Positions 1 through 21,331 of a stretch of DNA of 64,000 nucleotides are shown here, piece by piece. Source of the stretch: the human T2T-CHM13v2.0 reference genome, Homo sapiens; NCBI RefSeq assembly GCF_009914755.1, contig NC_060926.1. The stretch is one strand, 5' to 3'. The translations under genes and the position numbers were made by a program. The number at the start of each line of letters is the position of its first letter. Position 1 is the stretch's first letter. Under the pieces are notes generated by a model that was given only the letters and a program-made list of their open reading frames with translations, searched no databases and was not told where the DNA came from.

Positions 1-116
1 AAACTGCCCCTGTAATCCAGTCAGCTCCCAACAGGTCCCTCCCTCAACACATGGGGTTTATGGGGATTACAATTCCAAATGAGATTTGGGTGGGGACACA
101 GAGCTTAACCATATCA
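1..116 (-). mobile_element. MaLR LTR end (THE1/MST-type)
   Basis: Reverse complement begins TGATATGGTTAAGCTCTGTGTCCCCACCCAAATCTCATTTGGAATTGTAATCCCC, matching the THE1/MST LTR terminus. Confidence 0.85.
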
Positions 117-1234
117 CCCTGCAATGTGTACCCTAGTTTCTTAGAGAAACTAGTGAAAAAAAAGGGGGGGCTTTTCTCATCTGTGGCTACTGTTGTTTTT
201 ATACTCAGTCCCCACCCACCACCCTGGGACCTGGAATATGAGTTCACTAGGGACTGCACCGGGGACAAATTTGAGCCTGAAACATCACAATGTCATTAAA
301 CTGCTCCTCCCTCTCCAGAGTTTGTTACTGGATTAGGACTGTGTCCCAGCCCCCTCTTTCCTGAGCAGATCTACCCTGGAAGAATCTTTGGGCACTTGGA
401 GGATTACCAAGAAGTCTTTAAGTAATGTCTAAATCCCAGCTGGGACTCAAAACTCTCTCGCAATAAATAAAACTCTCCTGCAAGAATTCCATCCTTGCTC
501 AAGAGTCCTTTCCCAGTGAGAGGAGATCTAAAACAGAGGTCAAATTTCCTGGTCTCCTTGTTTCGAGAAAGGCACTCCATTGACAGACTTCCCTTTAGGG
601 GGAACATCTTAATTTCCTTACCAGTCCTTTCCACCCCCGATGGTGCCACTTCTAATTCTCCCTGCCACTCCTGCTTCTCTGCAGTCTAGGGAAGAGCCAG
701 CTGTGTCCAAACTCAGGACCGTGGGTATGGGTGAGCTGGCTCGCCAGCCACAGGAGGCAGCTGCCCAGTGTTCATTTTCTGGCTACCTGCTCACTCTGTG
801 CTCTCAGTTTCCTTTCCAAGAGATCAGGAGCAGTGCCCCTTATCCTGCCTGGAATGTGCTGCTTCTCCTTGTCCTGCTGTCTGCTTGGGGCGGAGAGACC
901 CACCCCATAACATAACCCATATGTCAGTAGTTATTTGTGTGGAGCCCCTCCATTGGACTGAGTTAGTTTGGGCGATGCTTTACACAGAGGCAGTACCCCA
1001 GCCGTCCACAGCAGGCAGAGCTGTAGCTGTCCATGGACTTACATCCTCCCCATCCCTGAAGGAAGACCACAGCACTGGGTCCTCTGGCCTGGCTCCAGGC
1101 ACCAGGCAGCTGGAACCCGGGCCTTTCAGTGCTGATGGGCTCTAGCCATGGCCAACTTGTATGTATCTTGAGACTGCTGAAGACTGGATGGGCCTCCTTT
1201 TTATTTTGTGTTTTAAATTTTAAAAATATATGAA

Positions 1235-1395
1235 CATTTTTATTGAGTTATACAATGAAGTGCAGATTTTAAGTGCACAGCTCAATGAATGTTTACATAT
1301 ATTCATCCAATGTAGCCATCAACCAGAGGAAGACAGAAGACTTCCAATGCCCCAGAAGGCTTTTTCATGCCACTCCCAGGCAATAGCCAACCTCG
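1235..1395 (-). mobile_element. Old L1M 3'-end fragment
   Basis: TTTTATTGAG...AAGTGCACAGCTCAATGAAT... resembles an antisense L1ME/MC 3' UTR. Confidence 0.5.
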
Positions 1396-2709
1396 CCCTT
1401 GGCCCCAACGGAGTGGAAAGGGATAGTAATGGAATTATCCTTTAATTTATCCTTAGCATAATGGAATATGCTGAGGAGTTCTCAGCAAAAATCAAACACA
1501 CTCTGGCAAGTCTCTTGAGATGGGAGTCAACTGCAGATGGTAAGGGGCTGGTGAGTAGCCCCAGGATTCTCCCTATTGTGATTAGTTTGGGTCAAACAGG
1601 AGAAAAGAGAAGCTAACAAAGGTCATGAATAAGAGGACAGGATGATTGTCCATTGACCAGGCATTGCTTACCTAAGGCCATGTATGGGTGTAGCAACAGT
1701 AACTTTTTAGAGGAAGATTGAGGGGTGAGCTGCATCATTAGAGGCAGTGAGGGGTGAATTCTTGGGGTGTCCCTTTTTGAGGTCATATGCTACTGCATGA
1801 GCTGGAAGGGCCATGCAGCAGCCAGGGAATCCTTCCCTAGTGGTTAAAAGCATGCTGAGGAAATGGGCTTACCACCTTAAAATGGGATACACCTAGATCC
1901 TAAACGCCAAGAAGCACTCGATTCCATTCCTGAATGTGTGCTGAGCCCTGTGCATCAGAGTTGCTGCAACATCGGACATTTCCCCAAGAGCCAAGGGAGA
2001 ATTAGGGACAGTGTCTGGACTGATAAGAAGGAATGGCAGGCCAAAGAGAGCTGGGCAGTGAGCTTCAAGTGACATTTGCTTGAAGTTATCCTAGGAGTAG
2101 CCCTCAGTATTGGGTTTCTGCAGCGTGAGTAAAGGAAGGTGGTGAGCCTGGAATTTGCAAAAGGGTTTTAGGGGTGAAAGAAGTGGAGACAGCAGCGCTG
2201 GGTGGGCCCAGGTCTGGAGGCATGTGTACTCACTGGAGTTATCCAGCCTTTTTCAGGTGTATCTGTAAGAAATGCTTTCAACGGTGAAAAAAGAGAACTC
2301 AGTCACAGTGGCCTAAACAGGTAGATACTGATCCAGGAAGGAAGTCCCAGCTGGAGCAGCTCTGGAATAATGCAGTCAGGCATTCTAGCTCTTTCTTTCT
2401 TTCCCGAATCTTCCTTATCTAGGATTGTTGCCTCATGGTCCTAAAATGGCCAATCATCTCCTGACATCAGCCTCATATCCTCATTGAGGGAAGGATGATA
2501 GGAACACACAAAGGGCAGAGTCACATGCCAGCTGAGTCTGTTACTCCTTATTAGGAAAGAAAAATCTTTCCTGAAAGCCCCACTTAGCAGATTTCTACTT
2601 ATAACTCATTGGCAGGAACCGAGATCATATGGCCACCCACAGGCCAATCATAGACTGAGGAAAATGATACTGCTTTATTGTCTTAAAAGAAACCAAGACT
2701 GATTTAGCC

Positions 2710-2931
2710 CAGGGCTTTCTCAGCCTTGGCACTGTAAACATTTGAAGCCAGAACATTCTTTGTTGTAGGGCGGTGCCCTGGGCATTGTAGGATATTTAGC
2801 AGCATCTCCGGTGTCTACCCATTAGATGCCAATAACGTACCCTCCAGCTGTAACAATCAAAAATATCTCCAAACACCACTAGACGTCTCCAGGGGAGGGG
2901 AGAAAAATCACACCCCAGTTGAAAACTACTG
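2710..2931. mobile_element. MER20 (hAT-Charlie) DNA transposon
   Basis: CAGGGCTTTCTCAGCCTTGGCACTG...CATTGTAGGATATTTAGCAGCATC...CCAGTTGAAAACTACTG; ~220 bp. Confidence 0.85.
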
Positions 2932-5900
2932 ATTCAGACTAATCATGATTAATCCCCTGGAACTAAAGGAATATATTTTCTAAAATTAAGGGCTTTTTTT
3001 TTGTTGCTACTTAAATTGGAGCTGTGGGGTTGGGTAATCAATGGACTGGTTTTGCCACAGAGTATTAGACAACTCTTACCAGCAATAGATGAATAAGCAT
3101 TTCTTTTAAAGGTCATATCCTCGTTAGTTTCTGCCTGTTTGGGGTAACTTTATTGTCTTCAAATGGCTACTATTTATATTTTTTTCCAGGTTTACAATTG
3201 TTATGGAAGGCATGTTAGTCTGATATAAGCTACTTCATCATTATTAGAAGCTAGAAGTCTCAATATTTTATTAATTCACCAATTTATATTTATTATGTTT
3301 GAGTTAACAAATGCTTGAATTCATTCATTGAGTCAGTTATCCAAACAGACATTTGTATAATAAAGTATTTGTCTGGGTCCATGTATTCTAATCCTGGGAG
3401 CTCTGAATGAACAAATCCTATTTAATTCTATCTCAGATGAGCAAACGAGTTTGCGTGACATGTGACATGTCATTTACTGTAAGAAACACAATTGTATGGG
3501 AAATAACAAAAATAAGAACCTCATCTACATGCCTCACCCAGCTTCCTGCAAAAGCTCCATTGGCACACTCATATCCTGGGCCCAGTTGCTCCTTCAGGCC
3601 AGCTTTTTTTAAAAAAAAAAAAAAACACAAACATCAGTATATTTTATGTGCATACATATGAAAAGGAAGACAGAGGGACCAATGAAGACTCAGAGCAGGC
3701 AGTACGCACACACACTGGTCATGTGTCCTTTTCAAGAGCTGCCCATTTGGGAGACAGTCTCACCCACCTCAAAGGTCCTTTTGCAGAGCCAGGGCCTGCA
3801 GCTCCTCCAGGTCTGGGGTGGCCTCAAGGTGGAAGGTACTCTCCCTGCTGCAGCTCCTCTAAGGGCTGGGCCTCTTACTTGTCTTCACTGAGGATGATGC
3901 CTACACACTCCAGAGCTTCATAAATGCAGGTTCTCATGAACTGATCCACTCAGTGGATGCCTTCCCAGGAGATCCATGCGGAGTGAGGGACCAGGACTAA
4001 AGGGTTTCGTGGGCACTCCCTAGGTATTACTGCTGTGAATAAGCATAGACCATTGTGACTCACTGGCATCGAAGAGGGCATAGGGCACATGGGACGGGAT
4101 GCCTAGCAGATGTCAGAAGCGGTTCAACCATGCAGGGCAGCACATTGTTGTCTGTAACTTAGAGATGCTGCTGTGTCCAGTGGAGAGAGACCCAGGACAG
4201 CAGAGGTTCATGAACAGCCAGCAGACACTCCCCACCAGCACCCCTACTGTTTGGCAGGGCTGTGATTACTCCAAACTTTGAATCCCTGGGCACTAAGGGA
4301 TTGGGGATCTAATACCCTGCAAAGCAAGTTGAAGTCTGGGCTATCACTAGTGAGATCTGAACCAGTATATCCCGTGGTCAGACAGGCAGCATTGCATTTG
4401 CTGTCTCCCTTTGCTGAAGGATTGATGCCCTATGACGGGAAATGGGAGCAACAGGACACCTAGATGAAGCAGCAAACACAATGCTGGATGTTGCCAAGCA
4501 CACAGGTGTACCCCAGAACCTCCTGCACTTGGGAGCTTACAGGACCCAGAGAGAAAATGGTGCCAGGGAATGCCCACAAGTCCACATCTGAAGCAGCGAG
4601 ACCCGCTGGGCCATCCGAGGGCTAGCTCTGGCTGAGAATTAAGGAAGTATCAATAAGCTGGTCACTGGACTCAGTTGTGGAATGGGAGTGTGAAGGTGGG
4701 TGGTGTGGTCTAGGGGCCCACATGGAAGACCTGGAGGGGTACTGGGATCCAGGAGACTGAGACAACATGGAGCTGGGGAGAGAACCAAGGAAACAACCCA
4801 GAGAGAACAGTGAAGCCAGACAGTATTCTCCTTCTGGAATCTTCTCCAACTGTAGATGAGAAGCAGTCTACCTCCCCCCGCCCCACCCCACTGAAAGCCT
4901 GGTTCCCTGTAACCCTCAAAGCCCTGGAATTGGTACCATAATAAAACCAAAAGGAGAGCTGGCCCTGCAGAAAGTATTAATAGTTCATCCCTGGATTTGA
5001 GGAGCCTGCCCAGGCAGGAAACAGGCTGGGAAATTCCCTTCATTCTGCCCAGGAGATGGCTAATTGCAGAAAAATCCTGCCAAAGGCAGAGTCTGCAAGC
5101 CTTTCTCCAGAACTGGGACACCACTGCTTCCCTTCCCACCACAGCCTGCCCCAGCCTGCACCCCGGGTGGTGCTATCTACAAGGTGCAGGTAGGGAAGCC
5201 AGCAGGGAAGAAATTAGCCTTCTCCTTTTTAAAAATCATTTTAAAAGTGGCAATATCTGCTGTGGAGTGTGGTAGTACCACTTTTTAAGTGATTCATAAA
5301 AAGGGAAATGCTAATTTGTACTTGAGTCCTAGTGTGGTCAAGAAGGGACCATGTACCATGGGATGGGCCACTTTCTAAAAGTCCCTACCCCTCGGGGAAT
5401 GAGGAACAGAGCTGAAGTAGGCTAGAGTAAGGATTTTACCTGTCCACTGCCAGCAAAGGACCTGTCACAGGAGAAAGGGGGTTGGGGAAACCAAGATGAC
5501 AATGCCTATAAGTGTGGCATGGTTAATACTGTGTAAGGAGTAAGCTCAAAGCATCAGCCTCACTGGGAGGGGTGTGGAGAGAGGGGAAGCCCTGAGGAGG
5601 TTTTGCTACAGGGCTGGGAGTATGGCCAAACCAGAACTAATCCCCTCCCACAAACCATTCTCCAAAGAGCCTTCCACAGCTGAAAGGTCCTCCTCTCTCT
5701 TTCTCCCCCGTTCTCCATGGGTTTCCAATGCTGGATACCTGCTCCTCCATCCCGCAGAAAGCTAGATTGCTCGGCTGGCTTGAAAATAAACTAGTCAGGG
5801 CACAGATGACCTAGAACTCTGCCTTTTCCCTATCAAACTAACTTGCCTCTAGGTCCCCATTGTGGATCCACAAGGCCATTCCAGCCTGACTGTGCATTGG

Positions 5901-7204
5901 AGGATACCATCAGTTCTCAGCTGGGCCACTATGAGGAGAGAGCACTGCCAGAACCCACTAGACTCTGGGCAGGGAGGCATAACTCAGCTCAAGCCAGCTT
6001 TTGTAGTCTGACCAACTCTTCCAGCATCCTGGGTGCTTTGTGGTATTCGGTCCAGGTTTGCTCCTTCTCCCTGATGGCCCAGAGAGGGTCTCTGGCTTGA
6101 GCATCCAGTAAGTTAACGGAGTCGATGTCTACTTTTTTCAGTCTTTAAGAGGGGGCTAATTATGGAAAAAATATAACCAAAGCCCCAGCTGCATTGTAGC
6201 TTCCATTTAGACACATTCCTTTTAGGGTGTGCCTGTTATCCTCCACTGGCTGCTCCTAACACGTATTCAGCATGACAACAGCAAAGAGGAGAGTTAGAGA
6301 GCAAATGCTAAAAATAGGAGCAATGCTATAAAAATTAATGAGGATAACACATCTCTAAGCAGTAGATTCCAAAGGAGTTTACCAGTCATAACACCCCTTC
6401 CTGCACCCCAACTTCCTATCCCTAATGCTGGCCACAGGATTGTGCCCCACATGAGCCAATTAGGATCATATACTTTTAAAATTAAAAGTAATTTGAAATT
6501 AGAACTAAAAGGAGTCCTTTTCTCTCTGATGATCAAGGTGGGAAGATGAGGACCAATAGCGGTTGACTATAGTGTAGTTCACAGTGGTATTGACTCTATC
6601 CTCATGGAGAAACCCAGTGTAAGATACTGAGGTTGAATGTAGAGAGGAAAGTTGAGACATGGAAAGAGAGTGTGTGGTCACCTTCAAGCATCTAGTTCCA
6701 CTGCTCAAGACCAGAGTATCTCTTTTCTTCCATGGTTAGTTATATGAGACAGTAAATTCCCCCTTGGCCTCAGCAAATTTGATTTGGTTTGCATCACTTG
6801 CAAACACCAAAGCCCCAGCTCAGACACTCTACCATTCATTTGGCACTTTATTGTGCATTCATTACTGTTGTTATCAAGTGTTTTCATACTAATGCTTATT
6901 TCCCCAACAAGAAAATAACTTTGGCAGCTATGGTAGCTTTGCCTTGGGCCTCTTCCCCCAGCATACCTGTTCCAGTGCTGAGTACATTGATGACTGTTAA
7001 GAAGTAGATGTACAGTTTTAGAAATAAAAGTAGTAAATGGCACATAGAAATTATTTTTTAAATGTTATTAAACTCCTTTTACGAAACAATCAGAGGAACC
7101 CCAAAACTTTCCTGGCCAGTTTTCAACTGTATTTGAGTTTCCAAAGTGACAATTGATAAGGAGAATTGGAAAAACCTATTTGTTGTTGCATTTAAAAAAA
7201 AAAA

Positions 7205-10200
7205 TCAGTGTTTATTTTATGTGCAGGGAGTATACATGCGGGTTTCTTACATGGGAATATTGTGTGATGTTGATGTTAAGTATACACATCCCATCACCCA
7301 GGTACTGAGCATAGTACCAGATAGGTAATTTTACAACCTGAATCTTCCTCTCTCCCTCCTTCCTCTAATAGTCTGCAGTGTCTATTGTTCCCATGTTTAT
7401 GTCCACGTGTACTCAATGTTTAGCTCCCCCTTATAAGTGAGAACACATAGTATCTGGTTTTCTCTTCCTGCATTAATTTGCTTAGGATTATGGCCTCCAA
7501 CTTCATCCATGCTGCTGCAAAAGACATGATTTCATTCCTTTTCATGGCTGTGTAGTATTCCGTAGTATATATGTACCACATTTTCTTTATCCAATCTACC
7601 ATTGATGGGCAGCTGGGTTGATTTTTGTCTTTATTATTGTATATAATGCAGCAACGAACATATGAGTGCATGTGTCTTTTTGGTAGAATGATTTATTTTC
7701 CATTGAGTATATACTCAGTAATGAAATTGCTGGGTCAAATGGTATCTGTGTTTTAAGTTCTTTGAGAAATCTCCAGACTGATTTCCAGGGGCTGAACTAA
7801 TTTACATTCCCACCAACAGTGTATAAGTGTTCCTCTTTCTCCACAGCCTTACCAACACCTGTGGATTTTTTAACTTTTTGATAATAGCCATTCTGACTGG
7901 TGTGAGATGGTATCTCTTAGTGATTTTATTGGTATTTCTCTGATTATTAGTGATGCTAATTTTTCATATGTTTGTTGGCCACTTTTAAGAAGTATCAGTT
8001 AATCTCTTTTGCCTATTTTTTAAAGTGTTATTTGTTTGTCACTTGTTGATTTGTTTAAGGTCTCTATAGATTCTGGACGGATACTTTGCCTTCGTCAGAT
8101 CCGTAGTTTGAGAATATCTTCTCTTATTCTGTAGGTTGTCTGTTTACTGTGTTAATAGTTTCATTTGCTGCACAGGAACTCTTTAATTAGATCCCACTTC
8201 TTTACCAAGGCTAATGTTGCCAAGGTTAATGTTGTATTTCCTAGGTTATCTTCTAGGATTTTTATAGTTTGAGGTCTTTGAGGTCTTTGATCCATTTTGA
8301 GTTAATTTTTGTATACGGTGAGAGGTAGGTTCCAGCTTCAATCTTCTGCATATGCCTAGCCAGTTATCCCAGCACCATTTATTGAATAGGGAATCCTTAC
8401 CCCATTGCTTGTTTTTGTCAGCCTTGTTGGAGATCAGATGGTTGTAGGTGTGTGGCTTAATTTCTGAGTTCTGTAACCTGTTCCATTAGTCTATGTGTCT
8501 GTTTTTGTACCAGTACCCTGCCGTTTTGGTTACTGTAGCTTTGTAGTGTAGTTTGAAGTCTGGTAGTGTGATGTCTTCAGCTTTGTTTTTTGTTTGTTCA
8601 TTTGTTTTGTTTTGTTTGCTTAGGATTGCTTTGGCTGTTTGGGCTCTTTTTTGTTCCATATGAATTTTAGAATAGTTTTTTTCTAATTCTGTGAAGAATG
8701 ACATTGGCAGTTTTAAAAGAATAGCATTGAATCTGTATATTGCTTTGGGCAGTATGGCCATTTTAACAATATTAATTTTTCCAATCCATGGTCATGGATT
8801 TTTTTCCATTTGTTTGTGTCACCTGTGATTTCTTTAAGCTTTGTAAAGATCTTTCACCTCATTAGTGAAAGCTGTATTCCTAGATATATCATTTTCTTTG
8901 TGGCTATTTAAGTGAGTTTGTGTTCTTGATTTTACTCTCAGCCTGGACACTGTTGGTATATAGAAATGCTACTACTTTTTGTACATTGATTTTGTATCCT
9001 GAAACTTTACTAAAATGATTCATCAGTTTTAGGAGTCTTTTGACAGAGTCTTTAGGGTTTTCTTGGTATACAAATATATCATCAGCAAAGAGAGATAGTT
9101 CGACTTCTTTTCCTATTTGGATGCTTTTTATTTCTTTCTCTTGCCTAATTTCTCTGACTAGTACTTACAGTACTACCTTGAATAGGAGTGGTGAGAGTAG
9201 GTATCCTTGCCTTCTTCCTGTTCTTAAGAGGAATGGCTAAAGCTTTTGCCCATTCAGTATGATGTTGGATGTGGATTTGTCATAGATGTTTCTTATTATT
9301 TTGAGGTATGTTCGTTTGATAGATGTTGAATTTTTATTGATAGCTTTTTCTGCCTCTATTGAGATGACTATGTAGGTTTTGCTTTCAATTCTGTTTATGT
9401 GGCGAATCATATTTATTGATTTGCCTATGTTGAACCAGGCTTGCATTCCTGGAATGATGCCTACTTGATCATGATATATTAACTTTTTGATATGCTGCTG
9501 GATTTGGTTTGTTAATATTTTGTTGAGAATTTTCACATCTATTCAATCTTGGGAGATTTTTTGCTTTCAGGAATTTATCCATTTCCTCTATATTTTCTAA
9601 TTTGTGTACGTTCATAGCAGTCTCTGAGGACAAGTATTTCTGTGGATCAATTGTAACATCACCTTTGTCATTTCTGATTGTGTTTATTTGGATCTTTCTT
9701 TTTTGTTCATCTAGCTAGGTGGGTCTATCAATTTTATTTATTCTTTCAAAGAAACAACTATTGGTTTCATTTGATCTTTTGTATGGATTTTGCATCTCAA
9801 TTTCATTCCATTCTTCTCTAACTTTAGTGACTTCTTTTATTCTGCTAGCTTTGGGGTTGGTTTGTTCTTTTCTGTCTAGTTCTTTTAGATGCAAAGTTAG
9901 ACTGCTAATTTGAGATCTTCCTAACTTCTTGATTAAGGCATTTAGTGCTATAAACTTTCCTCTTAACACTGCTTTAGCTGTACCCCAGAGATTTTGGTAA
10001 GGTATGTCTCTATTTTTAGTAATTTCAAATAATTTTTTATTTCTTCCTGAATTTTGATGTTCACACAAGAGTTATTCAGGAGTAAGTTGTTTAATTTTCA
10101 TGTATTTATGTATGAGATCTTCTTGATATTGATTTATTTTTAATTACATTGTGGTCTGATATTAAGGTTCGTATGATTTCAATTTTTTTTAATTTATTGA

Positions 10201-12968
10201 GACTTGCTTTCTTACCTAGCATGTGATTGATCTTGGAATGTGTTCCATGTGCAGATAAGAAGAATGTATATTCTGTCTTTGTTGGGTGAAGTTTTCTGTG
10301 GATATCTATTAGGTCCAATTGGTCAAGTAACAAGTTTAAGTCCAGAGTTCTTTTATTAGTTTTCTGTCTCAATGATCTGTAAGTAGGATGTGAAAGTCTC
10401 CCACTATTATTGTGTGGCTGTCTAAGTCTTCTTGTAGATCGAGAAGTACTTGTTTTATAAATCTGGGTGCTCCAATGTTGGGTGTGTATATATTTAGAAT
10501 AGTTAAAACTTCTTGTTGGATTGTACCCTTTGTCATTATGTCCTTTTTTCCAATAAGCCTTCTGTGGTCCAGGAAATACCCTTCTTTGTCTTTCTTAATT
10601 ATTAAGGGTTTAAAGTCTGTTTTGTCTGATATAAAACTAGTGACTCCTGCTCTTTTTTGTTTTCTGATTTTGCATGATAAATCTTTCTCCAAGTCTTTGA
10701 GTCTGTGGGTGTCATTACACATAACATAGAGCTCTTGAAAATAGTGGATGATTGGATCTTGTCTTTTTATCAAGCTTGACACTCTATGTCTTTTAAGTGG
10801 GGCATTTAGCCCCTTTACACTCGGGGTTAGTATTGATGTGTGAGATGTTGATCCTGTCATTGTGTTGTTATGTAGACTTACTGTGTAATTGCCTATAGTG
10901 TCGTTGGGCTGTGTGCTTAAGTGAGTGTTTGTGGTAGCAGGTGTTATTCTTTTGAGTCCATATTCAGCACTCCCTTAGGACCTCTTGTTAGGCTGGTCTA
11001 GTTGAATTCCTTCAGCATTTGCTTGTCTGAGAAGGTTTTTATTTCTCCTTCACTTAGGAAGCTTAGTTTGGCAGTGTATGAGACTCTTGGTTGGAATTTT
11101 TTTTCTTTAAGGATGACAAAAATAGACCCCTCTCCCTCCATCTCTTCTGGCTTGTCAGGTTTCTGCTGAGAGGTCCACTGCCAGCCTAATGAGAGTCCTT
11201 CTGCATGTGACTTGACCCTTCTCCCTAGCTGTCTTTAAGATTTTTTTCTTTTGCATTGACCATGGTGAATCTGATGACTATGTGCCTTGGGGATGGTCAT
11301 CTTGTATATTATCTGGCCAAGGTCTTCTGTATTTCTTGAATTTACATGTCAACCTCTCTAGAGAGATTAGGGAAATTTTTGTGGGCTATGTCCCCAAATA
11401 TATTTTCCAAGTTGCTTATTCTCTCTCCTTCTCTCTCAGGGATGGCAATGAGTCATAGATTTTGTCTCTTTACATAATCTCATATTTCTGGGAGATTGTG
11501 TTCATTTCTTAAAACTCTTTTTTCTTTATTTTTGTCTAAGTTGATTCAAAGAACCAGGGGTCAAGCTCTGAGATTCTTTCCTCAGCTTGGCCTATTCTGC
11601 TATTAATACTTCTGATTGTATTATGAAATTCTTTTTTGAACTCAATAAGCTCAGTTTGGGTCTTTTGTAAAATTGCTATTTTATCTTTCAGCTCTTAAAC
11701 CATTTCACTGGATTGCTTGGTTTCCTTGGATTGCATTTCAACTTTCTCCTGGATATCTATAAGCTTCATTGCCATTCAGATTCTGAATTCCATGCTCATC
11801 ATTTCAGATTGGTTAAGAACAATTGCTGTGGAGCTAGTGGGCTCATTTGGAGGTAAGGGGACGCTCTGGTTTTTTAAATTGCTACAGTTCTTGCACTGAT
11901 TCTTTCTCATCTGGGAGGGTTGGCGTTCCTTTAACTCTGGTGTAAACTGAATATAGTCAGTTGGCTTCATTTCTGGAAGTTTTCAGAGGGCAAAGGCTCT
12001 AAACAGTCTGTTGAATTCCAGTCCTCGGCCTGGCAGGCAGGAAAATTAGCAGTTTTTCGTGTTGTAGTTTGGGATGAAATCCAGTAGATGGCGCGTGAGA
12101 GCAATGGGAGATAGCTAGAGTAATATTCTGCCACCTGGCTCCTTTGTGTATCCGGGCCTTTGAAGCCGTGCTCTGTGGTGCAAGGGGGAGAGGGGTGACC
12201 CCTCACCAGGTCTCCTCCTCGGTCTTGAGGGGAGGGACCCCTGATCACTGGCACTGTGGCCGTGACTTTCTGTTGTTGTTAGGTGTTCCAGGTCGTTGGG
12301 CTCCTTCAGGCAGAGGTCCAGCAGGGAGACAGGCCCCACACTTACTGGACCAGCTCTGTGGAGGGAGGCACGCCTAAGTTCCACACCAGCCCAGGAACCT
12401 GTGCGACTCACCCCTCTCTGAGAGTTTTCTGAGAGTATGGGCTCCTCTTCTGCTGAAGCACTGGGCCCAGTTCCGCACTCCGGAGCCACAGCCCTGGGAC
12501 GTCCGGATCTGCTCACAGCTCCCTCCCCTGGACCCTTGGGGTTGGGATCTGTGTGCACTGGGGGATTCAAACAGCTCCCACGCTGCCGGAATGCACTCAA
12601 GTGGAGCAAAGCACCCATGCTGAGCAGCTGAGGCTGCACTGTGTACACACTCCTGTGGGGTGGCCAGGCAGGAATCCTGGGAGGGACTGGCAGGCAGGTG
12701 GGCCTGCGGGACAGATGTGCCCTAATCCCACGGGGAAGCACTTCTTCTCCCATTCTGGTGGTTATATGGGGCCAGAGCCTCTCAGAGGGAGACAGAGAGC
12801 CCTGGGGGATGAGTGCTCCCGCGGAGCTGTCTCACAGACAAAGCTTCCAGCTCCGTGCCTGCTGGAGCCCTTTCTCCATCTAATCTCTAGTGAGAGTCTC
12901 ATGTCAGCTCAAACGCGGAGGCCGGGGGTCCTCTGCAGCTAGGATCCCAGAGGTCTACGGCAAGAGAA
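7205..12968 (-). mobile_element. Near full-length, internally deleted, dead L1 (older L1PA/L1PB type)
   Basis: Minus-strand ORF2 remnants: endonuclease MTGSTSHTSILT...IVGDF (10369-10860), 9715-10068, [20 protein letters not shown] (9237-9536), [14 protein letters not shown] (8486-8761), C-terminal WIKKMWYIYTTEYY (7420-7671). GC-rich 5' UTR at ~11950-12968. Confidence 0.92.
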
Positions 12969-13657
12969 TAAATTGTTATTAAAGTAATTCCTCTTTGCTC
13001 TGAATTTGCATTCAGCCGAACGTTCACGTGTGACCCAGCTTCACGATCTGAGATTTGTACACAATGTGCAATTTATTTGAAATATTGGAAGTTGCTTTTC
13101 TGCTATGTATTGACTTGGCATTTCTAGTCTTTCACTCCTGTTATGATCTTCAGTATGGTGCATCTTTTCCTGGATGTTAGGTGCTCCTTCCTCTCTCCCT
13201 TTCTCCCTTCTCACTCCAGGGCAACACATATTATTATAAAGTTTATTCAGGTTGAGTCTACTGCTTTGGTGAGTTAAAGGACATTTTAACTCATATGAAT
13301 GGCCCTAAAAGCCTTCACCTGAGCATTCAACTTGTTTGATAAGCATACGCTATGTCCCTCCCCTGGCCAGGTCAAGGCCACCACCGTGTGAGCCTCTTCT
13401 CTACCCAGGTTGCTCCCATATATTTGGATGGTTAGATGGGAAGCTGGTCCAGAGGGCAGACGAAGAAATGGAAATTCGACCCCAGCTGACTAGTCCACAT
13501 GTGACCCAGTGGTATTATCTGGGAATTTTCACACATTATGCACCTTATTTAAAATTCTGGCAATTTTTTTTCTTCTATATAGTGACAAAGACATTGCTTG
13601 GATTCCCTTTGCTGCTTACAAAAAACAACAAACACCAAAAAATCTATAAATACAGCA

Positions 13658-13665
13658 TTTATATT
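13658..13665 (-). terminator. Probable GKN2 non-canonical poly(A) signal (overlapping AATATA/TATAAA)
   Basis: Minus strand AATATAAA ~115 nt after the stop, followed by a strong U/GU-rich tract TTTTTTGGTGTTTGTTGTTTTT (13642-13621). An alternative ATTAAA lies at 13713-13708. Confidence 0.6.
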
Positions 13666-13778
13666 TTCTGACTGAATCTCAAAATTAGTTGGGGCATTGG
13701 GAAAGAATTTAATTTGACTTTTGAGTGTAAACCAAGGATGTATTTCTTTGAAAAGATAAAACAAGAGGGCTAATCATC

Positions 13779-21273
<7,495 letters not shown>

Positions 21274-21331
21274 TTTGCCTGGGAGAGGAAGGTGCTGGAG
21301 TAAGTAAAGCTGCCCTGTGCAGCTTCTATCC

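Noticed and set aside
1-7200. Search for a third gastrokine (GKN3-like) gene or pseudogene exon
   Set aside because: By eye I found no gastrokine-like exons. A third member may lie outside the window; TBLASTN would be decisive.
12115-12753. Longest ORF (212 aa) and overlapping ORFs at 11967-12942
   Set aside because: They lie in the GC-rich L1 5' UTR, where stops are rare, and show no recognisable protein features.
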